Made by a program: the position numbers and the translations under genes. A stretch of 62,963 nt of DNA, the filler included, from Reticulomyxa filosa (Eukaryota; Protista; Foraminifera), in NCBI GenBank assembly GCA_000512085.1. It is 17 parts of 17 records of this genome, joined end to end, with 100 filler letters (N's around TTAATTAATTAA, not from the genome) between each part and the next. Parts side by side here need not be neighbours in the genome. Positions count along the whole stretch, not along the records: positions 31,576 to 43,542 come from ASPP01020958.1; positions 43,643 to 45,849 come from ASPP01032975.1; positions 45,950 to 48,907 come from ASPP01023750.1; positions 49,008 to 57,900 come from ASPP01002915.1; 13 more parts are not named here. The stretch is one strand, 5' to 3'. Positions 39,275 through 51,628 of this stretch are shown piece after piece (the first letter of the stretch is position 1; each line of letters opens with the position of its first letter). The notes under the pieces are model-generated. The model had not been told where the DNA came from. It searched no databases and worked only from the letters and a program-made list of their open reading frames with translations.

Positions 39275-40889
39275 ATGGCAAAGATTCAACAAGAACTTCG
39301 TCTTGCAATTGAAGAAAGCGAAGAGAAGAAACTGATTGATCTCGAAAATGAAGCAGAGAAAGCACATCACATTCTTGAACAAAAGATTGAGGGCCATGAC
39401 GATTTGAAAGATATAACCGTCCTTTTGCAAAAAGAAAAAGAAAATTATAAGGAGTTCAAACAAATAATAGTAAAATTAAATAAGTTTATATGTAACTACG
39501 ATCACAAACGAGCATTGAATGGAAGGGATCCACACAAGAGCGAGTATCAAGGGTTATACGATCAATTAATCGAGGCAATGATAAAGACATCACAATGGAA
39601 AGCTAACTTTGTGGAGACATTGGCAAAGAGTACAAGACATGTCAATGCTCTGATTGACTTGACAACTTCGCAAAAAGTACACATATTCAACGCCATGCAA
39701 CGTATACGTAAGCAAAGAGACTCCAAATCAAAAATAGAAGTGACGCAGCGTATGCTTGAGGGCATTATACGATGGAGTGAAGAAATGGATGAGCATTTGA
39801 AAGAAATTATGAATGAATGGGAGACTTCACAAAACAAATTGCACAATCTAAAACTGGAATGGGAAAGGATTTCTGCTTACAAACAAATGGAACGCAATGA
39901 AATCAGAAATAGCAACAAACTTTAGTTAACTTTATTTGTCCATTTTTTTCCTCCTCACTCTTTTATAATACGTATATGTATATATCGTCAATGAGATTTA
40001 TACGTATCATACAAAAACAAACTACGATAAAAAAAAAAAAAAATGCATATATGAAAAATACGGTTATGGGGATAATAGCAAGCAACTTGTTCCACATACT
40101 AATCAAATCAACCAAAATTTGACAAAGCAAACGGAAACATCGAAGTGGTGGAAACGCTTTTGGTGTGCTATTGGTGGTTTTGTTGGATTTATCTTGGGAA
40201 TAGTCACTGGCGCAAGTGCGGGTGGAATGACAGGTGCTGTACTCGGGTTTGGTGGAGGGGTTGTTGGAATGTTTGCTGGTGGAAGTATAGGTGCAATAGT
40301 TGGAGCTGTTGGCGGAGGTTTGAGTGGAATGATTAAAGGAGCCAATTGTATGAGCATTCTGATTGATAAACTGGAAGAACACAAGAGAATTGTAGCGGCA
40401 GCTAAAAGCGAAGCCATGAGATCATCGTGCAACGTAAAAGAAGATGCAAATTATGACACAATAGATGGAGCAGATAGCCTTTCCACAATTTCAATTTCTC
40501 ATTCTCAACCTTCGTTTTCTGCAAGACAGAAAGATAACGTAGACCCAGAGTTGCAAGATGGAAAAGCATTTGCTAAAAAACAGTGCCTGCTGGACATGCA
40601 TGAAGAAATAAAAAACATTGAAACATATTTTGAGAACTCCAAAATAAAAATGCAAAGTAAAATCGAACTCATGAAAGAAAATATCAAACAATGTTTGGAA
40701 GAAATTAAAGCACTGAAAGCTGGTGATCTTGACGAATGTAAAGAATTGGAAATTGCATTCAAACTCGAACCTTATCAAGATAAAGAATTTCTCAATATTA
40801 TCATTAACACCATGCAGGAATTTATCAAGGACAGCAGAAGAATGAAGGAGAAAATTGACTCCCTCTGGGACGCTTGTTTAGACGCTTAA
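39275..40889 (+). CDS. Coiled-coil/glycine-zipper family member 4 (2 exons, 486 aa)
   Basis: Exons 39275-39924 and 40079-40889; GTTAA..TAG phase-2 intron (TA+C=Tyr, then KQLVPH..NQNLTKQTETSKW). Confidence 0.85.
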
Positions 40890-41477
40890 ATGTCCAAACA
40901 AATACTCACTGTTTGTTTGATTGTTTATTTCCTCTTTTCTTTTTTTTTCTCGCTTTTGCTTTCTAAATTTTTGTGGCTGTGAAACAATGTTTAATTTTAG
41001 GTAAGACTGTTTTTTTGTTTTAACCCTTAAATTACTGCGTTGGCTTTGTTTTTGTTGGATGCGGGCGTAGTGTTTTTGTTTTTTTTAATCTTTAAATTGT
41101 GTAAAACATGCACCGGCTTAAAAATTTTCTGCCGGAATCACAACAAAGGATTCAATTATTGTAAAGAAAGTGCAATAAAATCACTATCTGTCGTCTTTTG
41201 CAACATGATCATCTCAAATTATTCTGTTTGATTTAACTTTCAGAAAAAAAATGATATTTGAGATAAGTTAAAAGCAAAAATTGAGCAACAAATGAAAAAG
41301 ATGTCAAAAAATTCATGCAAGATATGATAATTAACGGAAAAAATAATGAATGGACAATAGAAATGGAATAGTGTCATAAAAATTCAAGATATAGTCCATA
41401 AGCTACTCTACTCTTTCTGCTTTTTTTTTTTTTAATCAGATTATAGAATACGGTTTTTCGACAAATGAACCACAATG

Positions 41478-43495
41478 TCAATACGGTGATAATTTTGCAA
41501 TTTCATCCATTTGCCTTGATAGCACTGAATCCTTATCTTTTTCGAGCTGTACGATTTTCTCGAATAGTTCCATATTCAATAGATCCCCTCCCTCATTTCT
41601 CAGCAGATCGGCAAAAATGGGTGCAAAAAACTCCATATTTCCATCATCGGGTACCAAGGATATCAAATTGATGACCGATATCCAATTTTTGTCATTGGCT
41701 CCACTGTGCAATGAGATGCTGGACATCTTTCCCAAATGAAACCATATGTCTTTGTAACATTGTTGTAACCACTGTCGTTCTTTTTGTGCACGTTCCAATT
41801 CTTGTGTCAAATCTTTGATCCATTGTGTATCTTCGCTTTTGTCTTCTTCTTCTTTCATTTCTTTTTTCTCATCATTGGCCGGTGCATTAACAGACATTCC
41901 AGTCTGTCCCTCTTTTTTCTAGAGGTATCCAATGCCACAATTCATACCATTTTTTTTATTTTTTTTTTTTTACAAACATTACAGCATATTTTAAAAGTCA
42001 AAAAATGCAACAAACAAAAAAAAAAAAAAAACAATAACTTAACTTTGCGCGATAAATTTTGGATGCGATTGGTCAGCTGACGAATCAAATCCAAGATTTG
42101 TTGCAGCAAGGCTTTCCAATGATCGAATTCACTACAATAAGTCATGGCGAAATCGACAATGTGAGATTGGGCCCTTTCTAACACTAATCGAATTGCGTCT
42201 TCGATGCAACCACCACTGACATACCCAATCAAGAGAATTAAATTCACATAGTTGTTTGGAATGTCGGGAGAAGATGCAAGTAACAAATCTAATTTACGTT
42301 TCCATTGGCTCCGTGTTTCCAATGATATCTTTTCGTCCGTAAATCTCACACTGCTCAGAATTGTGTAGATCCTTGTCATTACAAATATCTGTTCGCTAGA
42401 ACTCGGGCACGTGGAATCTGCATGTTTTTTAAGCAAATAGACAAACGCTATGCTTTAACAAAATGCATATTATAAATATAAGTATAGATTACAAGTTACC
42501 ATTGCTCGCTTCAGGGACGGAAGTTTCTTCTAATGCCAACCATTTTGGCAAAGAGGCAGTAGCATATGGAAACAAAGACATCCATTCATGTCTCCTACGG
42601 TCCAATTGCACATTTTTGACTCGTTTTTCTTTTTCTTTTTGTTGTTTGCGCAGCTGCTGAATCGAAGGATTGGACTGGCCATTCTTTACAGCCGTTTGGA
42701 GTGTGGCAGCATTGGTTTCTTCCTGTTTCTCATTTTCTTCATCCTCGTCCGATGGGATTTGTTCCATCAACAGTTTTGTTGTCTCTTCATAGCACAATTG
42801 TTGCAAATGTTGGACATATGATTCAAGTAAACGATACCCGACATCCTGTTTTTTGTTTGTTTGTTTGTTTGTGTATGTACACACATACATATGTGTGTAT
42901 ATGTATACGTATATACACATATATGTTCATATATTTATGAATTGATTTACATAACTTGCAATTCCTGGTGCAATTGGGTATATAGCCGTTGGTCGTGTTC
43001 ATCAAGTTTTCGATTTTTGGATTTGGAATAGAGCTCAAATATGTGTACTTTTTCACACAAATAGCGCATGGCCCCTTCGAGATAGCACTGAATTAAAGTC
43101 TTGGCATGTCTGTCTTTGATTTCGTCTTCGTATTCGTCGATGTGAATGATCGTGGTATCCGAATGCTGCGTGTTGGGAGGATGGCTGGACGCAGTCTTTT
43201 CGTCTTTGCGTGCAACCAAATATTCGACGGATTGGACAAATGTCATTTTCCAACTTGTTTTCAACAATGGCTGCGCCATCAAGTCGTGCATTGCCACATC
43301 ATCCAACATCGTCACGAATGCGCATTGCATTGGATTTTTCCTGATATGCATTTGGTGCTCTTTCACGTGGACACTACACTGTTGCTCATAGCACTCCAGC
43401 ACGTGTTTCAACATTGTTCGTGAAAACTCCCAACTGAAACATCGACTCAGCAATTGTCGCAATGCCGACGCTTCACTCCATTCCAGCCATAGCAA
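41478..43495 (-). CDS. HPS3-like (BLOC-2 subunit) C-terminal region, multi-exon, 5'-partial
   Basis: EDAIRLVLERAQSHIVDFA..HWKALLQQIL and NLISLVPDDGNMEFFAPIF resemble recalled HPS3 C-terminal motifs (IDILLERCPEAVIPYA..WWKKLLPEL; FMNVLPEDGTATFFLPYL). Confidence 0.55.
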
Positions 43496-43505
43496 TTTGT
43501 GCTTT

Positions 43506-43542
<37 letters not shown>

Positions 43543-43642
43543 NNNNNNNNNNNNNNNNNNNNNNNNNNNNNNNNNNNNNNNNNNNNTTAATTAATTAANN
43601 NNNNNNNNNNNNNNNNNNNNNNNNNNNNNNNNNNNNNNNNNN

Positions 43643-45175
43643 TGAACCGTGTATGTATGCGAATGTGGGATCCGTTGTGAAGAGGGAATTATATTTAAAA
43701 TCACAATCCAAAAAACAAAAACAAAAAACAAAAAAAAAAAAAAAAAAGAGTAATGTTAAAACAAGATCATAAATGTCGCGTGTATATATTTGTGTACATA
43801 TATTTTTTTTTTTTAAAAAAAAAAAAAAAGTTAGCTGGAGATATATCAATAGTTTATTTTAGTTAGTTTTTTTTTTTTTTTTTTAATGAATTTGTTTGAA
43901 GAAGTAATCCTCTTAACATTGGTACGTGTCAGAGTTCGAGTGACAATAGATCTGGATACATCGGGAACAGCTCGGAAGGTTCCGTGAACAAATAGTTCCA
44001 ATGCCTGTCTTTGTTTTCCGTATAAAAACAAGCACGAGCTTGCGTCCAAGTACCATTGGCATTCCTCCAAATATTCGTGGCATCCCGGAATTCGCTCCCA
44101 GCCCTTGCCAACAGGTGAGACCAATAACACCGAGTTCTCATCTGTACTGAGTCGCTTCACTGGCAAAGCCATAGCTTCGATGACATGGCTTTTAGGAAGC
44201 TTGATGCAGTGTTATTTGAACATATAACATTACATATTATATACATATATATGTATACATATATGCATATATATGTATATATGTATATATGTACATATAA
44301 TGCATATACATATACATATATATGTATATGTATAATATATGCATATACATATATACATATATATATATATATATGTATATCAAAACTGAAAATAGTTCGA
44401 AAAGAAAAGATTTGACCATTTCCGAATTAATTTGTTTGTAATTATGCTTACATAAATTCCACAAAGCATTAAAATGACACGAGCAAATCAAAGTGACGTA
44501 TTCGGCATTCACGTTGAAATAGCTGCTACGTTTCGCAGTCCCGCGGACGGCATGACTAGTTTGGGGATTGCCCATGATCCACCACGAAGTCATGTCATCG
44601 GTTGGTTTGTTCTTTTTGATTTGATAAGGGAAAATATACTCATGTGTGAGCTTTTGCTCGGAATTGGTTTGCGACATTTTCTTGGCAAATGAATGCAATC
44701 GATCGGTCATCTCTTGCACTTCTTGATCGAATTCGCTCAATATCATTGCGTCCATTCGCTTTGCATAGTCATATAAATCTTCATCTGTCATCTCTTTATC
44801 GTCGTCGCCAAATATTGGAAAGGACATGCGATCCAATATTGTTAACTCACTACCATTCATTAATAACTGCTCATTTCTTATGCTCTGACTTGTCCTGTGT
44901 TGGTGCCATTCCATTGATGCATTGTTATTTGTGCGCATTCGCTTTTGTTCTTGTTCTGTTCCACTTCCTTGTTCTAACCATTCCAGTTTCCTTTTCAGGC
45001 CCTGTTTTGCTGTTGCTTTCTTCTCCGTTTCTACAGCCGTACTCTTTGGCGTTATTTGATTTGGGTCAGCACGTCGAGGAACTCTAAACAAACGCTTCGA
45101 TGGCACGCTTTCGGAAGTTGTTGGCACTTTTGCGTTACGATACATTTTTAGAATGCCCACTGCTTTTAGAAGCAT
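43643..45175 (-). CDS. Hypothetical protein, multi-exon, 3'-partial
   Basis: About 250-aa first exon from ATG 45175, a microsatellite intron, then a second exon containing MALPVKRLS..; no family recognised. Confidence 0.55.
44237..44380. repeat. Compound (TA/CA/TG)n intronic microsatellite
   Basis: Alternating purine-pyrimidine tract; similar tracts occur in introns near 37580, 42880, 50800 and 51580. Confidence 0.9.
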
Positions 45176-45377
45176 GTTTCAGCTCCTTTTTTTTTTTTTG
45201 AAGCAAGTTTCCAAAAAACAAAAAAAAATCGATTATTCTTTCAACAATTGTCTCTCACTTCAGACGGTAAGACCTTGTTCTTTTTTTTTTCATTTTTTTT
45301 TTAAGTGGCAAGGGTCCCCTATCTTTTTTTGCCGAGTAATATAACAGTTTTCTTTGGATATTAAACAAATAAGAGCA

Positions 45378-45849
45378 ATGACAAATATAACAGGATCATT
45401 TAGAGATTTAACTGCGCAATGTGGAGACCCAACTAGTGTTAATGCACTTTCGAATGCAGTAACGTCGTCAAGTGGTGGTGTCTTGGCAGAAACGAAAATT
45501 CACACCCAATCAAGTTTCGAAGATGATAAAAGCTGACTTGTAAAAAAAAAAAAAAAAAATAATAATAATAATAAAAAAGGCATGATAAATCCCATGGAAA
45601 TGCAACCACTTGCACATCAAGCAATAGTACAACAACAACCACTATTTAGCAATCCTCCTGCGCCGTCAACAGCAATGATGATCCAGCAGTCTCAAATGGC
45701 AACGCTGCAGCAACAACAAGCACAAATGATGATGGAGCAAATGTTTGAAGAATTCCAAGGAAAGCTGCAATTTTCGAACAAAGGCAACACCATTAATAGC
45801 AACAACAACAACAACATTACAAACGAATCTATTCCAACGAACCAAATGG
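45378..45849 (+). CDS. Probable PEX5-like peroxisomal receptor N-terminus (3'-partial)
   Basis: SFRDLTAQCGDPTSVNALSNAV resembles the PEX5 N-terminal R(D/E)L..C...NPL motif with its conserved Cys; intron 45514-45579 joins a Q/M-rich exon in frame. TPRs are not in the contig. Confidence 0.45.
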
Positions 45850-45949
45850 NNNNNNNNNNNNNNNNNNNNNNNNNNNNNNNNNNNNNNNNNNNNTTAATTA
45901 ATTAANNNNNNNNNNNNNNNNNNNNNNNNNNNNNNNNNNNNNNNNNNNN

Positions 45950-46040
45950 AAAATTTTTATTAAATGTTGTTTTTTCATGTAGAAACAAAATCATCTCTAT
46001 AAGATGGCATTTTAGTATCAACTTCTTTTTTATCTTACTG
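45950..46040 (-). mobile_element. TIR end of the Tc1/mariner-like family at contig start
   Basis: TGTTGTTTTTTCATG...CTATAAGATGGCATTTTAGTATCAACTTCTTTTTTATCTTACTG|TA. Confidence 0.65.
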
Positions 46041-47449
46041 TACTATCTGAAGATAGTCGAAGGACTATATGTACATAGTTGTTTTTTCTATTGTAAATAT
46101 TTTAATTTTTTCACTAATCACGACTTGCTGCTTGATTAGTCAAGTGTATGATCATTTTCGTATTGATGCTTTACATTGAGTGCGTTTATCGTATAGTTCA
46201 ATTGTAAAGTGGAATTAAGCTTCGAATTGCTTTGGAGAAGTCACAAACTGATGTTATTTTCTTGCAATAATAGCTCTTAATAGCTTTTAATTATATGTAA
46301 CTAGCATTCGTTGACAACTCAGCGATTGACCTTGAACCTTGGAATTCTTGACATAACGATTGCAATGTGTTTTGTTTCAACATATGCAATATGTAAAATA
46401 TAATATTTGTAATTGTTTATTGTTCGAAGTCAACAATATAATGGATTTCCACATTATAACATTATTAAATATTGTCAATATGATATATGATATTGATGTT
46501 GTATGTACAATACATTGTAGTTATCTTGGTACTGTCTATTCAAAGTCCGATCTCAAGGTTAGATTTATATCTGAATTATCATTTTGCAATTGCTGTTTTT
46601 GTTGTGTTCTTACTTTATAGGACTTCTTAAATCACATTACATTAGCATAGTTTTGCTGCTGTGTATTTTCGAATGAATTGTAGCAGTCTTTACTTAGTTC
46701 ATTCAGATGTGATAATCGCGCTTCATCTTTATCATCAAATGCTTTATGTTGTTTCTACAAACGGTCAGTGCTATTGACCGATGAGAAAATACTGTTTGTT
46801 TTTGGAGAATTATACATATTGCTTGTTGATAAGTTATTTACCTTGTCAGTTTTGTCCAAGCTACTGCTGCTAGAAGACTGTTGAAATCTTTGTGATTGTG
46901 CATGTGTTACGCTAATTTGCGCTATCGGTTTCGTGTTTGTTCTTTATGCATCGTTCGCATAAGTCATATCAATGGTCGTAGTTGTCAATGTCTTCATTTA
47001 TGGACAATGTTATGTCGTGTACTTACTAATCAAGTTCGTATTGCATTTGTCGCAAGCGTGCACAATCACTGAGCCACTCTAAGCTATGCTGACAGTAATT
47101 TTTTTCAAAAGTTTTTTGTAGCCTACGATTAGACACTTGACATGCAAATTCAAATAATTTATTGTTGTCTAGTTATGGTCCACTTTGCTTGGCTAAACAA
47201 AACCTCTTGATACTACCACTTGCACCAGATAATACAAGCCTCCTTTTTCCTTTTTGTGTTTGTTTTTGTGTTTGTTGAGTCGGAACGTGTGCGTATTATT
47301 TATGACTTTAATCAGCCATTAATGTTATGTGTTTGACAAATAAATTACACTTTCCCAACACCAAACACTCTGGAAAAAAAAAATAATCTTTCTGAGGGTA
47401 TTACTTTTTTTCAAACAATACCAGAAGACCCCAAGTAATATTAGTTATC

Positions 47450-48875
47450 ATGTCTAGTGGTCTGAAAATATTTGGTTTTACAATTGCAGTAACGATATCA
47501 ACACTATGTTCAATTGCAATACTCATATCAACTCATCATTACTACTTTCTGCGAAGGATAAGTCTCGTGCACAAACGACATTCGGCATCCCAATTGATGG
47601 TGAATATGTTTTTGGCAGTATACGTATTTATATACACTCCGGTGGGGCTGCTACCATACACAGTTGATGTAGATAAGAAGACCTTTAGGGCGTTGGGATA
47701 CCTTGAGCAGTATTGTATACGACGTGTGTCTCCATGCAGTGTTTTTGATAGTGATATTTCGGTATTATCTGTTATACTTTCAAACCAACTGGACAGTGTC
47801 ATCAATTCAAGGTGAATGGAAGCAGCACCTAAATGCATCATCAGTCAGCGAGAATTGGTTTCTGAAGAATAAAAAAACATTTGGCAACGAAAATTGGATG
47901 GGCTTAAGAGTGGTTGTCCCTCTTTTCCTTATTCAAATGATTGTTATTTTGTAATTATAAAACGAATTTTTTTTTTTGTTTGTTTGTTTGTTTGCATATT
48001 TGTCATTAACTATAACCCCTTCACACCACCTCCCCTGTTCCATTGTTGATCAATAATAAAAGACGGTTGAATTTTTTTTTTTTTTTTTTTATTGGGGGGG
48101 GTCGATGACAAAAAAAATAAAAAATAAAAAATAAGGATTTTAGATTTTGTGGTAGCAAATAGACTAGTATTTTATCTTGGAGATTTACTTTTTTACGCGA
48201 GCAATATTATAATAATCATTACATTACGATGTCTCACCCCAGGTGCAAAAAATTTTTTTTTGCTATTTTTTTTTTTTTTTTTTTTTTTTCCAAACTATGG
48301 ACGCAAGAACCAATTGTGAATACTCTTATATGCATATATACATGTATATGTATACACCATACGTATATGCATATGAAATGCCAATTGCATAATTTAAAAA
48401 GAATACGAAGATCGGATAGCCCTTCGAAAAGAATTACAAATAGTGTTCGTTATTTCGGCATTGTGTTGGGTGTGGTATGCAATGTATGCATTCTTAGCGC
48501 TGAGTAAGATGAGCCATTTTTCTCGTTTGGTGGTGTTTGAACCATTGTTCGCCCTAAGTTTTACAGGGGCGGTCTTGACGGCCACCTTGTGGGTGATCTA
48601 CTTTTCCAACATCCTCACATTGGACGACGTCTTGCATGAGCTGTCCTTGGCAAAGAAAAGCGCAAGTGCCCACAAACGCGTCTTTCTCTTCCGTCTTTTG
48701 TTGTGGCACGAACAGGTGGCCAGAATTTTCTCCGCATTTCGCTCCAAAGAAGAACGCATGTTACTGTCATCGGAGCCTAATTCTACCACAAAGTCTGGCA
48801 TGCGCCACTGGAATCTGGTCAGAGTCATTAAAGACGAAAAAGGGTTTGATGAGTTCATGAAGCATTTATACAGAG
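47450..48875 (+). CDS. Multi-TM (7TM-like) RGS-domain protein, 3'-partial, one apparent frameshift
   Basis: Several TM helices, a YEDRIALRKELQIV motif, then the RGS start LVRVIKDEKGFDEFMKHLYR|E. The frame changes near 47703 without an intron. Confidence 0.7.
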
Positions 48876-49007
48876 GTATTTTTTTTTTTATAATCTTTGC
48901 TTGGTTTNNNNNNNNNNNNNNNNNNNNNNNNNNNNNNNNNNNNNNNNNNNNTTAATTAATTAANNNNNNNNNNNNNNNNNNNNNNNNNNNNNNNNNNNNN
49001 NNNNNNN

Positions 49008-49054
49008 TCTATAAGGTGGTATTTTATGTGTCAACTTTCTTTTTTATCTTACTG
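49008..49054 (-). mobile_element. TIR end of the Tc1/mariner-like family at contig start
   Basis: TCTATAAGGTGGTATTTTATGTGTCAACTTTCTTTTTTATCTTACTG|TA. Confidence 0.65.
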
Positions 49055-50388
49055 TACAATAAGTTACAGAAAGTAACCAACAAACAACATTCTAGCTTCA
49101 ACGTGTAGAAGTAATTTTAATTAAATTTTTTTGGATGAAAAGAAAAAAAATTTATCATTTGACTCATTAAGAAGACTTTAGTTTATTATTCAAGATTTTT
49201 ATGATCATCACACAGTTGACTGCCCTTTCTTCTCCTATATAGAGCTAAGGGTGAATCAAACGATCTATTTGTGATCACTCTTACATCCTTCGAGACAGCA
49301 GCAGATTGTGAAATAATATGTTCGAATTATAAATATTCATCATTAACAATTTAACAAAACTATTACAAAAATAATAATAATAAAAATATTAAATAGTTTT
49401 TTTCAATTCTTTAGTCTTTCTTTAGTTACTGCTTGCTTGATTCTGTAAGATAATGTTCTCATTAATATAATTTTCTTTTTTCGAATTTGACCCTAAATGT
49501 CATTTCTTTGGCTTTTGATATCAGATTTGACTATTGACAACTTGGACTTTTTTCATGGACTTGAAATCCTTTTTTCTTACTTTTATTGTATTTGCTGTTG
49601 GACTGCTAGTTATATACATTTTAGTATTGTCATGACAGTCATTCAAATATATGATCTTGTTGTTTATATAATACTTTCTTTCAAAATGTCCAAATATCAA
49701 CTTGTTAGTACTATACTATATGATTAGAATGTAGTATACATACAAAGACACTATACTTCATATTTTTAATGTACTTTAGCAAATTCACATCAAAAACACA
49801 TAAGGTAAGCACATGTTATGAATACCAAAGCTCTAATTGCACCTTGGAACACATTAAGCTAAACTTTTCAAAACATAACATACTTTTCTCTTTTGGTTTA
49901 CTTTTTTCTTTTCAAAGTGGCTGTGTTTAGATTGAAAAACTGGAAGTCGCACATTGTCAATTTAATTCTCTTGGAGCTGTACTGGTAATTAATACTTTTT
50001 GAGATTGTGAAACGAGAAAAAAAAAGAAAGTGACAAAATAGAACACAAGTCGGCTGGCAAAGCCCTTTTTTGTTACAAAAATTAACAGCTGTACTAGAAA
50101 AAAAAAAGTAGTTTTCCATTTGTGAGATTTTTGATCGCATATTTTCTTTATTTTGTCATTATTAGATCATGTTTGATTGTATTATCATATTTTAAAGATT
50201 CTTTTAAATGGCAGACAGCGAATAATCTATTAACTTTTTGTTGTTATAATAAAGGAAAAATCTGTAGCCTTTAAAAGCGTTATCCTTTCTTGTTCTCAGA
50301 GGAAACAAAACAGCAAAAAAGTCCAAGTTGTAAACAAAAAAAGTGTTTGGATTTGCCCCCATCTCTTTATTTGGAATTTCTGAACATA

Positions 50389-51595
50389 ATGACCTCAACC
50401 AGTGAAAAAGAGGAAAAGATACCAAAAGAGGCAAGTAAGGAACAAGTCTCTCCGACTGTGGTGCGGGATATTAACGAATTGAAGTTTGAGATCGATCCTT
50501 TGAAAGGACAAGAAACGTTGCGCAAGTATGGCTATTACTACAACAAGATTGGTCGTTGTGTAAGTGTGAAAGGGGAAGGCAAAGTAGGAAGGTTTCCTTC
50601 CCAACAAGATTACGAAAATTTTGGAGATGCTGTGGAAGAGTTTATCTTTTATGTCGTGGAAAACTACGCAAACATGAAACGAATCAATATCCAAGCCAAT
50701 CCAGACAAATCGATAGCTCCTGCGATAATTTTTACTTCTCCTGACTATACAAGCAAAGAAACTCTGTTGTTCATAATCCCTGGTTCAGGTCTGTGGTCCC
50801 TTTATATATGCATATATGTATATATTTGCATATATATATGTATATACATATATATATATAAATTCCAAGTTTCCAAAGTTTGAATTATAAAAAAAAAAGG
50901 TGCTGTACGTGCGTCACAATGGGCTCGCTCATTGTGCATCAATGACGACTTGTCATCGGGAACATGCCTTCCATTTTTGCACTCAGCAGAGCAACGCGAT
51001 TGGGGAGTAATTTTGTGTGACCCGAACGCTCGCTTGAAAAAGAACGACGCTGACAAAGGCCGCGTCTATCCCATTCATCACTGCAAATACGTATTCAAGC
51101 AATATGTTATGAACGTACTCGACAAATCCAAAATCAAAAACGTATTTATTGTCGCACATAGTGCTGGTTTGAGGATCGCCTTATTGATCACACACACACA
51201 CACACACACACACACATTTACATACACTCAAACCGAACCCTTATTTTTTCGACACATTCCCCTTTTTTCATTCATATGTGTACATTTATATGTTTATGCA
51301 AGTATACACTTCAATTGTTTTTTTTCTTTTCTTTTTTTTTTTTAGCATTTTGACGAACCATTTGACGGTAGCTTTTTTTTTTTTTTACAAAAAAAAAAAG
51401 GTGGTTGGTGCACGAGTGAAGTGTTGGACGACTATGGCGAATGGCTCGCACAAAAAAATATTGTGAGGGGAATTGCATTTACAGACTGTGGAGATCCCGG
51501 AAGCTACATTAGTAAATTTTCATTTCAATTGTACAAGAAATGCGCGCAGAACTGGGTCACTTCTGAGTACCCTCTTGGTATTATATACACACATA

Positions 51596-51628
<33 letters not shown>

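Noticed and set aside
33133-40889. Reading the cluster as bacterial-style two-gene A/B pairs
   Set aside because: Phase-compatible GT-AG introns at the same position join each pair into one gene, and the second ORFs lack consistent starts.
46050-47100. Possible minus-strand coding remnant
   Set aside because: Too many stops and no identifiable motif to support a call.
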